The translations under genes and the position numbers were made by a program. Below are positions 37,901 through 46,155 of a DNA stretch of 64,000 bases, one piece after another. Under the pieces are notes generated by a model, which searched no databases, was not told where the DNA came from, and was given only the letters and a program-made list of their open reading frames with translations. Position 1 is the stretch's first letter. Each line of letters starts with the position of its first letter. The DNA comes from Sideroxyarcus sp. (GTDB lineage: Bacteria > Pseudomonadota > Gammaproteobacteria > Burkholderiales > Gallionellaceae): NCBI GenBank assembly GCA_035299445.1, contig DATGWO010000035.1, positions 132,022 to 196,021 on the forward strand, in the 5' to 3' direction.

Positions 37901-39853
37901 GCCCTGGAAGGCGTTGCCCTGCATGCGCAGCTGCAGGTCGACATTGCTCGACTCCTCGCGCGCAATCTTGAACGCGTCGAGATAGAACACGCGCAGCTGC
38001 TTGTCCACGATGTACTTCTGGATGTGCCTGGGGAAGCTGGCCCACAGCGCTTCGGCGGAACCGAGGTTGCTCTGGATGATGAACACGCCGCCCTTGTTGA
38101 GGCCTTCCACCGCGTTGGTGTGACCGAACACTTGCGGGTCCGGCGACATCACCACGTCGACGTTGGTGTACTCGCAGTTGATGCGGATGGGTTCCGGCGC
38201 AGCCGACAGGTAGTAGGTGGTCGGCTGCCCCTTCTTCTCGGAACCGTATTTCGGATTGGCCTTGATGTCCCAGCCCAGCAGCTCGAACAGGGTCATCGCC
38301 AGGTTCTTGCCGGTAGTCACCATGCCCCAGCCGCCGATGGAATGCATGCGCACCGCGATGGCGCCCTTGGGCAGCAGGTTGGGGTTCTCGGAGCCGCGCA
38401 AAGCCAGCTCCTTGATGTTCGGGTAGGCAGCCTGCAATTCCTGCTGGCGGATCTCCTGTTTCGGATTGGCGGGGTCGCGCACGAAGTCCACCGACAAGTA
38501 GAAGAACTTGCGATGAGCGGCACCGGGCAACATGTTCTCGACCGCGGCGATCAGGCCTTCCGGTTGCAGATCGCGCGAACCCAGGCCGTAGCAGCCGGAG
38601 TACAGCGACGGCATCTCCTTCGCCGTTTCGTAGCAGGCGTAATCGGCGTAGGTCTTGTCGCGGCCGTTCTCCAGGCACTTGGTCACGGTGGCGCGCACTT
38701 CGCGCATCAGCGGCAGGTCTTCCGACAGCGGCTGGTCGGTGCGCTCCAGCACGGCCACGCCTTTCTTGCCCTTGAGCAATTGGCCCAGCACATCGCCAGG
38801 GAACGGGCGGAACATGGTGACGTTGACCACGCCCACCTTGAGCTGGCGGTTCTCGCGCAGCCAGTCGGCAACGGCTTCGGCCTGCACGACCATGCTGCCC
38901 TGGCCGAGGATGAGGTAGTCGGCGTCGTCGCAACGGTAAGCTCCCAGACGACCGTAGCGGCGGCCGGTCAGTTTGCAGAACTCTTCTGCGCTCTGGTCGA
39001 ACAGCGCGGGGATGTGGTCGAAGAAATAAGGACGTTGCGCGGCCACCGCCTGCATGTAGGCGTCCTGGTTCTGCACCACGCCGGTCTGCATGGGATTGTC
39101 CACATCCCAGGTGGACGGCACGCGGCGACGCTTGGGACCGTACAACATCTGCTGCGCGGGAGTCGGGGTATCGATCAGGTCGTCGGCGTCGCCGAGATAT
39201 TCGGCGATCAGCTCCTTCTCGGGCACCATCATCGGCTCGATCAGGTGGGTGGTGAGAAAGCCGTCCTGCGCGACGATGGCCGGGGTCAGCGACAGTTCGG
39301 CGGTCTTGCGCGCGATCATATTGAGGTCGGCGGCTTCCTGCGCATTCTTGGCGAACACCTGGATGAAGCCGGTGTCGTCGGCGCAGTGGTAGTCGTCGTG
39401 CGCACAATGCACGTTGAGCGAGGCCTTGGTGATGGCGCGGCAGCCGAGGTTCAGCACATAGGGCAGGCGCTTGCCGACGGCGGCGTATAGCGACTCATGC
39501 ATGAAGGCCATACCCTGCGCGGAGGTGAAATTGACCGCGCGCAGGCCGGTCATGGAAAGACCGGCGGTGACGCCGGCGGCGGCATGTTCCGATTCCGGCT
39601 CGACGAAGATCAACGGCTTGCCGGCGGCATTCAGATGTCCCTTGGCGACTTCCTCGGCCCAGTATTCGCCCATCTGCGTGGACGGCGTGATGGGGTAAGC
39701 GCCCGCACCTTGCGACGCTTCGCGCTCCACCATGATGACGGCGGTGTTGCCGTCGATGGCGTCGCGCGTACCGGGATACTTGACCTTGGTGCGCGCGCCT
39801 TCGGAACCGGTGGCGGCGTCGTTCGATTTGAACAGTTTGAATTTGTTGAACAT
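34931..39853 (-). CDS. por: Single-chain pyruvate:ferredoxin oxidoreductase (NifJ/Por family), 1640 aa, with inserts and a fused C-terminal ferredoxin
   Basis: DGNTA, YPITPS, GGWG, CTACGNC..CP, CKGCALC..C, GACLGCGE, NSTGC, GGDG, YSNTGGQ; C-terminal CTACDEC...C. Confidence 0.92.
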   Translation of the reverse strand: MFNKFKLFKSNDAATGSEGARTKVKYPGTRDAIDGNTAVIMVEREASQGAGAYPITPSTQMGEYWAEEVAKGHLNAAGKPLIFVEPESEHAAAGVTAGLSMTGLRAVNFTSAQGMAFMHESLYAAVGKRLPYVLNLGCRAITKASLNVHCAHDDYHCADDTGFIQVFAKNAQEAADLNMIARKTAELSLTPAIVAQDGFLTTHLIEPMMVPEKELIAEYLGDADDLIDTPTPAQQMLYGPKRRRVPSTWDVDNPMQTGVVQNQDAYMQAVAAQRPYFFDHIPALFDQSAEEFCKLTGRRYGRLGAYRCDDADYLILGQGSMVVQAEAVADWLRENRQLKVGVVNVTMFRPFPGDVLGQLLKGKKGVAVLERTDQPLSEDLPLMREVRATVTKCLENGRDKTYADYACYETAKEMPSLYSGCYGLGSRDLQPEGLIAAVENMLPGAAHRKFFYLSVDFVRDPANPKQEIRQQELQAAYPNIKELALRGSENPNLLPKGAIAVRMHSIGGWGMVTTGKNLAMTLFELLGWDIKANPKYGSEKKGQPTTYYLSAAPEPIRINCEYTNVDVVMSPDPQVFGHTNAVEGLNKGGVFIIQSNLGSAEALWASFPRHIQKYIVDKQLRVFYLDAFKIAREESSNVDLQLRMQGNAFQGAFFRASDVKERAGLSEETLFTAIENQLESKFGKKGKRIVEDNLRVVRRGYDEMHEIAPELMKVGLRAQAAGKTAASLPIMLKRLPEGDGGVSDVHRFWEQTGSFYMQGEGSGNLVDPFIGLSVIPAVTGVYRDMTGVRFEHPEWKAENCTACGNCFTTCPDSAIPGLVSTPADVLNTAIQNIEIGGRPTRFLRKFSRAIEKKLRVALDRDGLDVRALLANAITEAFAEDAAQGEERNKLEAELNLLRTEIGGFKLATTKPYWNLKEKKEKGTGGLFSITINPYTCKGCALCVDVCEDDALKMVTQTKESIAELRRDWNFWLDLPTTPAQYSRIDDLDEKVGALETLLLDKHNYMSLVSGDGACLGCGEKGSIHLFTATVTALQQPRVKKFVARLDKLIADLENHVRMKLSSTVDLTDTTALMEAVQQHKGRDLTLANLSESLLARHSGQPIDPQWLKRVSQMLEKLKDLRWRYMEGPSKNGRAEMGIVNSTGCTSVWASTFPFNPYPFPWTSHLFQDSPSVAMGVFEGHMAKMAEGFKVVRQAEKELAGGYDPAEQDGFFARFNWEQFNDEEWLLCPPVVAVGGDGAMFDIGFQNLSRALMSGKPVKILIVDTQVYSNTGGQACTSGFIGQVADMSPYGASQHGKTEMRKEISVIGMAHRTSYVAQLSQGNITHMLESFIDGINSRRPALFNVYAVCPPEHGVGDNSAVAQSKMATESRAFPLFVFDPDAGVTFSESVSLQGNPELGADWIAYKLEYLEDGEKKSMTLPLTFADFALSEGRFAKQFKKAPPETWNDDMLLLADFLKLDADGREGKFPFIWAVDKKQRLMRVLVSAEMVHSCEERLQFWKQLKDVAGVGRAVAAADESAIAARVRQELIQQLSAGPDGGNATAQPATVVTQAAANADGYDPVWIDTPECTACDECININPKVFAYNETKKVIVLDPKAGSYLDLVKAAEKCTAGVIHPGTPWNMSEPNLEKLKARAAKFN

Positions 39854-39862
39854 GATTTTCCC

Positions 39863-40744
39863 CTATGCTTCTGCGGTGACAGGTAACGGTTCGATGCGGA
39901 TGATCTTCTTGGCGGCCTTGCCTTTGCCGATGTGGCCGCCTTCCAGCCAGACGATGGCGCCGGTGGGGCAGCGCTCGATGGCGGCTTTGCTGGCGGATTG
40001 GTTCCTGGCATAGTCGATCACGGCGAGGTTGCGCTGCAGGCTTATCAGGCCGTCGGCCGCATCGGCCACGCAGCGCCCGCAGGCAGTGCAGGCCACTTCG
40101 CAGGCGGCTTCGGCGGTATCGGGATCGGATTCGTTGCGGCAGGCCATCCACAGTTTGTGCGACACGCCCTGGATGGAGAACAGGCCCTTGGGGCAGATAT
40201 CGACGCAATCGCCGCAGGCAGTGCACTTGTCCACATCGACCACGGGCAGGCCGTGCTGATCCATGGCAATGGCGTCGAAATCGCACACGTCGGCGCAATC
40301 GCCCAGACCCAGACAGCCCCAGGCGCAGCTCTTGCCGCCGCCACCGGCCACCGCCGCCGCACGGCAGGAGGACAGGCCGGAATACCGGGCGCGCATCCTG
40401 GCGACATGCTTGCCGCCGGCGCAGGCCAGCCGCGCCACGCGCTTCTCGATGTCGCCCAGGGCGACGCCGAGCAATGCGGCGATGGTCTTGTTCTGGTCGG
40501 GGGTGTTTACTGTGCAGCGGCCAGGCTCAATCTGGCCGGCGACCGCCTGTTCGGCGAAATTATGGCAACCGGCCGTGCCGCAGGCACCGCAATTGGAATG
40601 GGGGAGCAATTCTTCGACTTTTTCGATGCGCGGGTCTTCGAACACATACAGACGCTTGCTGGCGATGGCCAAGAAGAACGCCAGCAAGCCGCCCAAGACG
40701 GCCATGAACGCTCCGGTGACAAATACGCTGTATGCGATACCCAT
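39863..40744 (-). CDS. rnfB: Rnf complex subunit B (long polyferredoxin form)
   Basis: TM anchor, LPHSNCGACGTAGC, CAWGCLGLGDCADVC, CTACGDCVDICP, CEVACTACGRC, RCPTGAI. Confidence 0.93.
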   Translation of the reverse strand: MGIAYSVFVTGAFMAVLGGLLAFFLAIASKRLYVFEDPRIEKVEELLPHSNCGACGTAGCHNFAEQAVAGQIEPGRCTVNTPDQNKTIAALLGVALGDIEKRVARLACAGGKHVARMRARYSGLSSCRAAAVAGGGGKSCAWGCLGLGDCADVCDFDAIAMDQHGLPVVDVDKCTACGDCVDICPKGLFSIQGVSHKLWMACRNESDPDTAEAACEVACTACGRCVADAADGLISLQRNLAVIDYARNQSASKAAIERCPTGAIVWLEGGHIGKGKAAKKIIRIEPLPVTAEA

Positions 40745-40909
40745 GTCTCTCCCCTGCTGCAATAAATTCGCGCAGAGAACCACTTAGTCCGGCTCTCTAT
40801 TCGCTACACTTATTTGCGCCCCACTAAGCGCCAGGTGAATCACAACACCCTTGGATCACTACTGTTTTTCTTGTTGAACGCAGACTAAACCAAGCTACAA
40901 TCATTCTGC

Positions 40910-40954
40910 GAATCAATTGTTTCAATTTTGATTATTAAGAAATCAATTATTAAG
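40910..40954. promoter_or_regulatory. AT-rich inverted/direct repeats between divergent rnfB and lysR (candidate LysR operator)
   Basis: TTGAT-N9-ATCAA at 40928-40946; ATTATTAAG at 40931 and 40946. Confidence 0.45.
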
Positions 40955-40977
40955 TTTTGCCGCAGGGGGAGACCGGG

Positions 40978-41916
40978 ATGGCGGAAGACAAACAAAGCTA
41001 TTACAAGAACAATCGCATCAAACAGATGCGGGCATTTTGCGAAGTGGTGCGCACCGGCAGCGTCACTCTGGCGGCACAACACCTGTTTCTGAGCCAGCCT
41101 TCGGTGACCCTGCAGATCCAGGCGCTGGAGCGCGAGTTGGGCGTGACGGTATTCGAGCGGCGCGGCCCGGTGCTCAAGCTGACGCCGGACGGCGAGACGT
41201 TGTATGCCTTATCCGAGCCGCTGGTGAAAGGCGTGGACAGCCTGGAGGAGAATTTCGCCGCCCAGCACGGCAAGCTCGATTCGGGTGAATTGAACATCGG
41301 TGCGGGCGAATCCACCATCCTGTACATCCTGCCGGAGGCGGTGCGCCGCTTCGTCAGCGCGCACCCGCGCATCCAGCTGAAGATCCACAACGAGACCGGC
41401 CGCGACGGCCTGAAGATGTTGCGTGCCGATGAGATCGACCTGGTGGTCGGTTCCATGCTGGACGTGCCCGACGACATCACCTACCAGCCGGTGGTGACCT
41501 TCGACCCGGCGCTCATCGTGCCCTTGGGCCACCCGCTGGCGAACCGCACCGAGGTCACGCTGGAAGACATCAGCCACTACGGCCTGATCCTGCCGCCGCG
41601 CCACCTGTCGACCTGGCGCATGGTGAAATACGTGTTCCAGCAGCACAACCTGAACTTCACCGTGACGCTGGAGGCGGGCGGCTGGGAGGTGATCAAGAAA
41701 TATGTCGAGCTGGGCATGGGCATCTCCATCGTCACCGACATCTGCCTCACCGGCAACGAGAAGCTGGTGCGCATCCCGCTCAAGCAGTATTTCCCGCAAC
41801 GCGGCTACGGCCTGGTGCTGCGCAAAGGCCGTTTCCTGTCGCCGCAAGCCCGACGCTTCGTCGAAATACTGTACGAGGTATACGGCCTCAAGTCGGAACT
41901 CAACGCTCGGGATTGA
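40978..41916 (+). CDS. LysR-family regulator (CysB/CbbR-like substrate domain)
   Basis: [30 protein letters not shown] helix-turn-helix. Confidence 0.93.
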   Translation: MAEDKQSYYKNNRIKQMRAFCEVVRTGSVTLAAQHLFLSQPSVTLQIQALERELGVTVFERRGPVLKLTPDGETLYALSEPLVKGVDSLEENFAAQHGKLDSGELNIGAGESTILYILPEAVRRFVSAHPRIQLKIHNETGRDGLKMLRADEIDLVVGSMLDVPDDITYQPVVTFDPALIVPLGHPLANRTEVTLEDISHYGLILPPRHLSTWRMVKYVFQQHNLNFTVTLEAGGWEVIKKYVELGMGISIVTDICLTGNEKLVRIPLKQYFPQRGYGLVLRKGRFLSPQARRFVEILYEVYGLKSELNARD

Positions 41917-42715
41917 GTTCCTGCATCAACTGCACCGACAGCTCCTCGATCGATTTCGCCGTGGTGTCGAACCATTTGATACCTTCGCTACGCATCATCT
42001 TTTCGGCAGCGGCGACCTCATAGCGGCAGTTCTCCAGCGACGAATATTTGCTGTTCGGGCGGCGCTCGTTGCGAATGCGGTGCAACTGTTCCGGCGCGAT
42101 GGTGAGTCCGAACAGCTTGCTGCGGTAAGGCAGCAAACGCGAGGGCAGTACGCCGCGCTCGAAATCCTCGGGGATGAGCGGATAGTTGGCCGCCTTCAGC
42201 GAGAATTGCAAGGACAGGTACAGGCTGGTCGGTGTCTTGCCGCTGCGCGACACGCCGACCAGGATGATGTCGGCATTCTTGAGGTCGGCGTCCGACACGC
42301 CGTCGTCGTGCGCCAGCGCAAAGTTCATCGCCGCGATGCGCGAGTTGTATTCCGGGTTGGCATGGCCGTGCGAACGGCCAACGGCGCGGGTATAGCGCGC
42401 ACCGAGCTCCTGCTCGAGCGGTACGATGAAGGCATCGAACAGGTCGATGAAGAAGGCTTCCGCCTGATGCAGTATCTCGCTGAATTCCGAATTGGTCTGC
42501 GTCATGATGACGATGGGGCGCTCGGTTTCGCGCCGGCTCAATTCGTTGATGCGCGCCAGGCAGTCGCGGACTTTCTCCTCGCTGTCGACGAACGGGAACC
42601 GCAACGGCTTGAACTCGATGCCCTCGAACTGGGCCAGCAAACCATGCCCCAGCGTTTCGGCGGTGATACCCGTGCCATCCGACACATAGATCACTGTACG
42701 TTTTTGAGTGGCCAT
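41900..42715 (-). CDS. ppsR: PEP synthase regulatory kinase/phosphorylase (PpsR, DUF299)
   Basis: [32 protein letters not shown]. Confidence 0.95.
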   Translation of the reverse strand: MATQKRTVIYVSDGTGITAETLGHGLLAQFEGIEFKPLRFPFVDSEEKVRDCLARINELSRRETERPIVIMTQTNSEFSEILHQAEAFFIDLFDAFIVPLEQELGARYTRAVGRSHGHANPEYNSRIAAMNFALAHDDGVSDADLKNADIILVGVSRSGKTPTSLYLSLQFSLKAANYPLIPEDFERGVLPSRLLPYRSKLFGLTIAPEQLHRIRNERRPNSKYSSLENCRYEVAAAEKMMRSEGIKWFDTTAKSIEELSVQLMQELNPER

Positions 42716-42797
42716 CGTTCCGCTTCCTGAATGAATGATTCCATTTTTATCTATCCCAATGCGGTACACGCCAAGGGATTCTAACCTTGTAGATAAC

Positions 42798-42825
42798 AAA
42801 AAGGCCTGCTCGCGCAGGCCTTTTT
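42798..42825 (-). terminator. Intrinsic terminator after symporter 1
   Basis: aaaaaggcctgc-tc-gcgcaggcctttt, A/T-flanked. Confidence 0.7.
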
Positions 42826-42844
42826 GCACAACTACGACTTCGGC

Positions 42845-44932
42845 TTAGGCAGCTTCGGTCTTGATGTCGCCTTCCAGGTTCGGATAGCGCACATGGTCGA
42901 CCAGATCCTGCACTTCCTTGCTCGGCGCTGCGGTCAGCAGGCTGCCGACGATCACGCCGATGATGCCGGCGGGCATGCCGAAGATACCGGCAGAGATCGG
43001 GTTGATGTCCCACCACAGCGGCGCATTGACCCCGAAGAACGGATAGGTCATGTACATGTAGTAGGCGCAGGTACCCAGACCGGCCGACATGCCGAGGATG
43101 GCGCCCCACTTGTTGGCGCGCTTCCAGAACACCCCCAGCGCGAGCGCAGGGAAGAACGCGGAAGCCGCCAGCGAGAATGCCGCACCAACCAGGAACAGGA
43201 TGTCGCCCGGCTTGAGCGAGGTGATGTAAGCCGCAAATACGGCAACCACCAGCAGCAAGCCTTTGGAGATCGCCAGACGACGGGTCGTCGGGGCGTTCGG
43301 GTCGATCATCTTGTAGTACACGTCGTGCGACAGCGCGTTGGCGATGGTCAGCAGCAGGCCGTCCGCGGTGGAAAGCGCCGCAGCCAGACCGCCCGCCGCC
43401 ACGAGGCCGGTGATCACGTACGGCAGACCAGCGATCTCGGGCGTTGCCAGCACGATCAGGTCGCCGCCGATGGTGATCTCGGCCAGCTGCACGATGCCGT
43501 CCTTGTTGATGTCGGTCACGCTCATCAGCGTCTTGTCGACAGCCGCCCAGGCAGAGACCCAACTTGGCAGTTCGGAGAAGCTCGATCCGACCAGCAAGGT
43601 GTAGACGTCGAACTTGGCCAGTACCGCCAATGCAGGCGCGGTGAAGTACAGCAGGAAGATGAAGAACAGCGACCAGAACACCGATTTGCGCGCTTCCTGC
43701 ACCGACGGTGTGGTGTAGTAACGCATCAGAATGTGCGGCAACGCGGCCGTACCCACCATCAGGCACAATACCAACGCTAGGAAGTTCTTGCGCTTCTTGT
43801 CGATGGCGGCCTGATCCTTGCCGGCGAACGGTTCGGCATGCGAAGCGATCGGACCAGCTTTGGCTTTGGCGCCTGCGGCGGCTTTCATCCATGCAGCCTT
43901 CGCGGCGGCAGCATCGGCAGGGAAATCCGCCACGGCTTTATCGGCTGCTGCAACTGCGGCAGGATCGGCGTCCTTCTTGGCTTTCAGATCGTCAGCAGCC
44001 TTGACCAGCTTGGCTTTCTCTTCGGCCAGATAGTTGTCGCCGCCGGCTTCCAATGCCTTCAGCTTGCCTTCGGCAGCTTCCTGCCGCTGCTTGAAGATGG
44101 CACGCACTTCGGCTTCCTTGGCTCCGTCCGGAGTGGTCGGATCGTTCAGCACCTGCTCGCGCGCCGTGACCTTCTCCAGCACATAACCGTAGGCGACCTG
44201 CGGAACCGGATTGCCGGTGTGCTTCACGGACAGCCACACCACCGGGATCATGTAGGCCACGATCAGGATGATGTACTGCGCGACCTGGGTCCAGGTCACT
44301 GCCTTCATGCCGCCGAGGAAGGAGCACACCAGAATGCCGCCCAGACCGACGAACACGCCGATGCTGAATTCCAGACCGGTGAAGCGGCTGGTGATCAGGC
44401 CCACGCCGTAGATCTGCGCGATCACGTAGGTGAAGGAACACAGGATCGCGGCGAACACACCGATGGAGCGCGGGATATTGCCGCCGTAACGCGCGCCGAG
44501 GAAGTCGGGGATGGTGAACTGGCCGAACTTGCGCAGGTACGGTGCCAGCAGCAGCGCCACCAAGCAGTAACCGCCGGTCCAGCCGAGCACGAAGGCGAGG
44601 CCGTCATAACCGGACAAGTACAGGGTACCGGCCATACCGATGAAGCTGGCTGCCGACATCCAGTCCGCTCCGGTCGCCATGCCGTTGAACAGCGCCGGTA
44701 CGCGGCGTCCGGCCACGTAGTATTCCGACACGTCCGCGGTACGGGACATCACGCCGATGCCGGCATACAGCAACACCGTCGCCGCCAGGAACATATAGCC
44801 CAGAATCTTGTTCGGCACGCCCATCTGTTCGAGGATGGCGACGATGATGATGAAGGCGATGAAACCGCCAGTGTAGAAAGAGTAATAGCGCGTCAGCTGC
44901 GATGTAAAAGATTTGGTCGATTGCGTAGCCAT
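42845..44932 (-). CDS. Sodium:solute symporter, ActP-related (VC_2705-like subfamily)
   Basis: YYVAGR, GMATGADWMSAASF, GTAALPHILMRYYT, AAALST; Ala/Lys-rich periplasmic insert. Confidence 0.9.
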   Translation of the reverse strand: MATQSTKSFTSQLTRYYSFYTGGFIAFIIIVAILEQMGVPNKILGYMFLAATVLLYAGIGVMSRTADVSEYYVAGRRVPALFNGMATGADWMSAASFIGMAGTLYLSGYDGLAFVLGWTGGYCLVALLLAPYLRKFGQFTIPDFLGARYGGNIPRSIGVFAAILCSFTYVIAQIYGVGLITSRFTGLEFSIGVFVGLGGILVCSFLGGMKAVTWTQVAQYIILIVAYMIPVVWLSVKHTGNPVPQVAYGYVLEKVTAREQVLNDPTTPDGAKEAEVRAIFKQRQEAAEGKLKALEAGGDNYLAEEKAKLVKAADDLKAKKDADPAAVAAADKAVADFPADAAAAKAAWMKAAAGAKAKAGPIASHAEPFAGKDQAAIDKKRKNFLALVLCLMVGTAALPHILMRYYTTPSVQEARKSVFWSLFFIFLLYFTAPALAVLAKFDVYTLLVGSSFSELPSWVSAWAAVDKTLMSVTDINKDGIVQLAEITIGGDLIVLATPEIAGLPYVITGLVAAGGLAAALSTADGLLLTIANALSHDVYYKMIDPNAPTTRRLAISKGLLLVVAVFAAYITSLKPGDILFLVGAAFSLAASAFFPALALGVFWKRANKWGAILGMSAGLGTCAYYMYMTYPFFGVNAPLWWDINPISAGIFGMPAGIIGVIVGSLLTAAPSKEVQDLVDHVRYPNLEGDIKTEAA

Positions 44933-45195
44933 CAGTCGTCTCCCTCATGTACGCCATATTCGCGATCAAGCTTGCCCATCGCCCTGGCGTAGTACCAGAT
45001 GATGAGGACATAGATGATCAAGGAACCCTGCGCCCCCATGTAGAACGGGAACGGAAAGCCAAGGATGGTGATGGACTGCAAATCTCTTGCGAACCAACCG
45101 ATGACAAAAGTGACGATAAACCAGATCGCCAGCAATATCCCGGTCAGGCGAAGATTCTTTTGCCAGTACTGTTTATGCTTCTCAGTAAGCTGCAT
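44932..45195 (-). CDS. DUF4212 small symporter-associated membrane protein
   Basis: YWQKNL, GFPFPFYMGAQG; TGATG overlap with the symporter. Confidence 0.88.
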   Translation of the reverse strand: MQLTEKHKQYWQKNLRLTGILLAIWFIVTFVIGWFARDLQSITILGFPFPFYMGAQGSLIIYVLIIWYYARAMGKLDREYGVHEGDD

Positions 45196-45390
45196 GTTTC
45201 CCCCTGAACGTTTGAGCCGAACAGCACATCCATGACAGCGAATGCCCCCTGCCGAACTGCGGATATGCAATCTTGCCCGAAATGACGCTTGACCCGATAT
45301 TGCTTGGCGTTTTGACATTTCCCCCACGCCAATTAAAATCGGCTCCCCATAAGCCGGTTTGGTGCAAAACCAATCCCGCCTCAATGGCAG

Positions 45391-45422
45391 CTTACTGCCG
45401 CAACCTTACATATAACTTACAG
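45391..45422 (-). promoter_or_regulatory. CTTAC-N9-CTTAC-N6-CTTAC repeat, candidate response-regulator site
   Basis: CTTAC at 45391, 45405 and 45416. Confidence 0.6.
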
Positions 45423-45427
45423 CCACC

Positions 45428-46105
45428 ATGCGGATATTGATCGCGGAAGATGACGAAGTACTGGCGGATGGCCTGTCGCATTCCATGCGCCAATCCGGCT
45501 ATGCCGTAGACCGCGTCGGTACCGGGCTGGAAGCGGATTCGATACTGCGCGGCGACCAGCCTTACGATCTGATCATCCTCGACCTGGAACTGCCGCAGAT
45601 GGATGGTTTTGCGGTATTGCGCAACCTGCGCGAACGCAACCACCATGTCCCCGTCATCATCCTTACCGCCCGCGACAGCGTGGGCGACCGCGTCAAAGGC
45701 CTCGATCTCGGCGCCGACGACTACATGGCCAAGCCGTTCAGCTTGCAGGAACTGGAAGCGCGCGCGCGCGCGCTGCTGCGGCGCGGCCAGTGCGGCACCA
45801 ATCCCCTGCTGACCTGCGGTTCGCTCACGTTCGACAGCGTCGGACGCCGCGCCTGCATCAACGGCCAGCCGCTGGACCTGACCACGCGCGAACTGGGGTT
45901 GCTGGAAGCCTTGATGCTGCGTTCCGGCTGGGTCGTCAGCAAGGAGCAGCTGCTGGAACGACTCTACAGCTATTCCGAAGAAGCCAGCAACAACGCCATC
46001 GAAGTCTATATCCACCGATTGAGGAAAAAGACCGCCCCCGCCGGGGTGACCATTCGCACCATCCGCGGCCTCGGTTACGTCATCGACAACTTGCCCGCCT
46101 CCTGA
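45428..46105 (+). CDS. OmpR-family response regulator (TctD-like)
   Basis: MRILIAEDD, DLELP, ILTARD, DDYMAKPF, YIHRLRKK. Confidence 0.9.
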   Translation: MRILIAEDDEVLADGLSHSMRQSGYAVDRVGTGLEADSILRGDQPYDLIILDLELPQMDGFAVLRNLRERNHHVPVIILTARDSVGDRVKGLDLGADDYMAKPFSLQELEARARALLRRGQCGTNPLLTCGSLTFDSVGRRACINGQPLDLTTRELGLLEALMLRSGWVVSKEQLLERLYSYSEEASNNAIEVYIHRLRKKTAPAGVTIRTIRGLGYVIDNLPAS

Positions 46106-46155
46106 GCCGCACGGCCGGTGCCGGCATACGGCCCGACCAACCGGGAAGAATTGCA

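Noticed and set aside
34181-39490. 1769-aa plus-strand ORF, and similar long antisense ORFs (266..1861, 8358..10019, 28131..30476, 52057..54171, 56040..58025, 61442..63637)
   Set aside because: They lie opposite well-supported genes, lack recognisable motifs and are the expected shadow of high-GC codon bias.
30672-40744. Rnf and NifJ-like PFOR as nitrogen-fixation electron supply
   Set aside because: No nif genes in the window, no sigma-54 or NifA site recognised, and the context is ppsA/ppsR/actP. It cannot be excluded genome-wide.
40790-40960. FNR box upstream of rnfB
   Set aside because: The TTGAT/ATCAA pair has a 9-nt spacer, not the 4 nt FNR requires.
45403-45422. CCTTACATATAACTTACAG as a Pho box
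   Set aside because: It resembles part of the E. coli pstS promoter, but the half-site CTTAC recurs at carboxylate-transport promoters and differs from the GTCAT/GTAAC sites of the lipid cluster.
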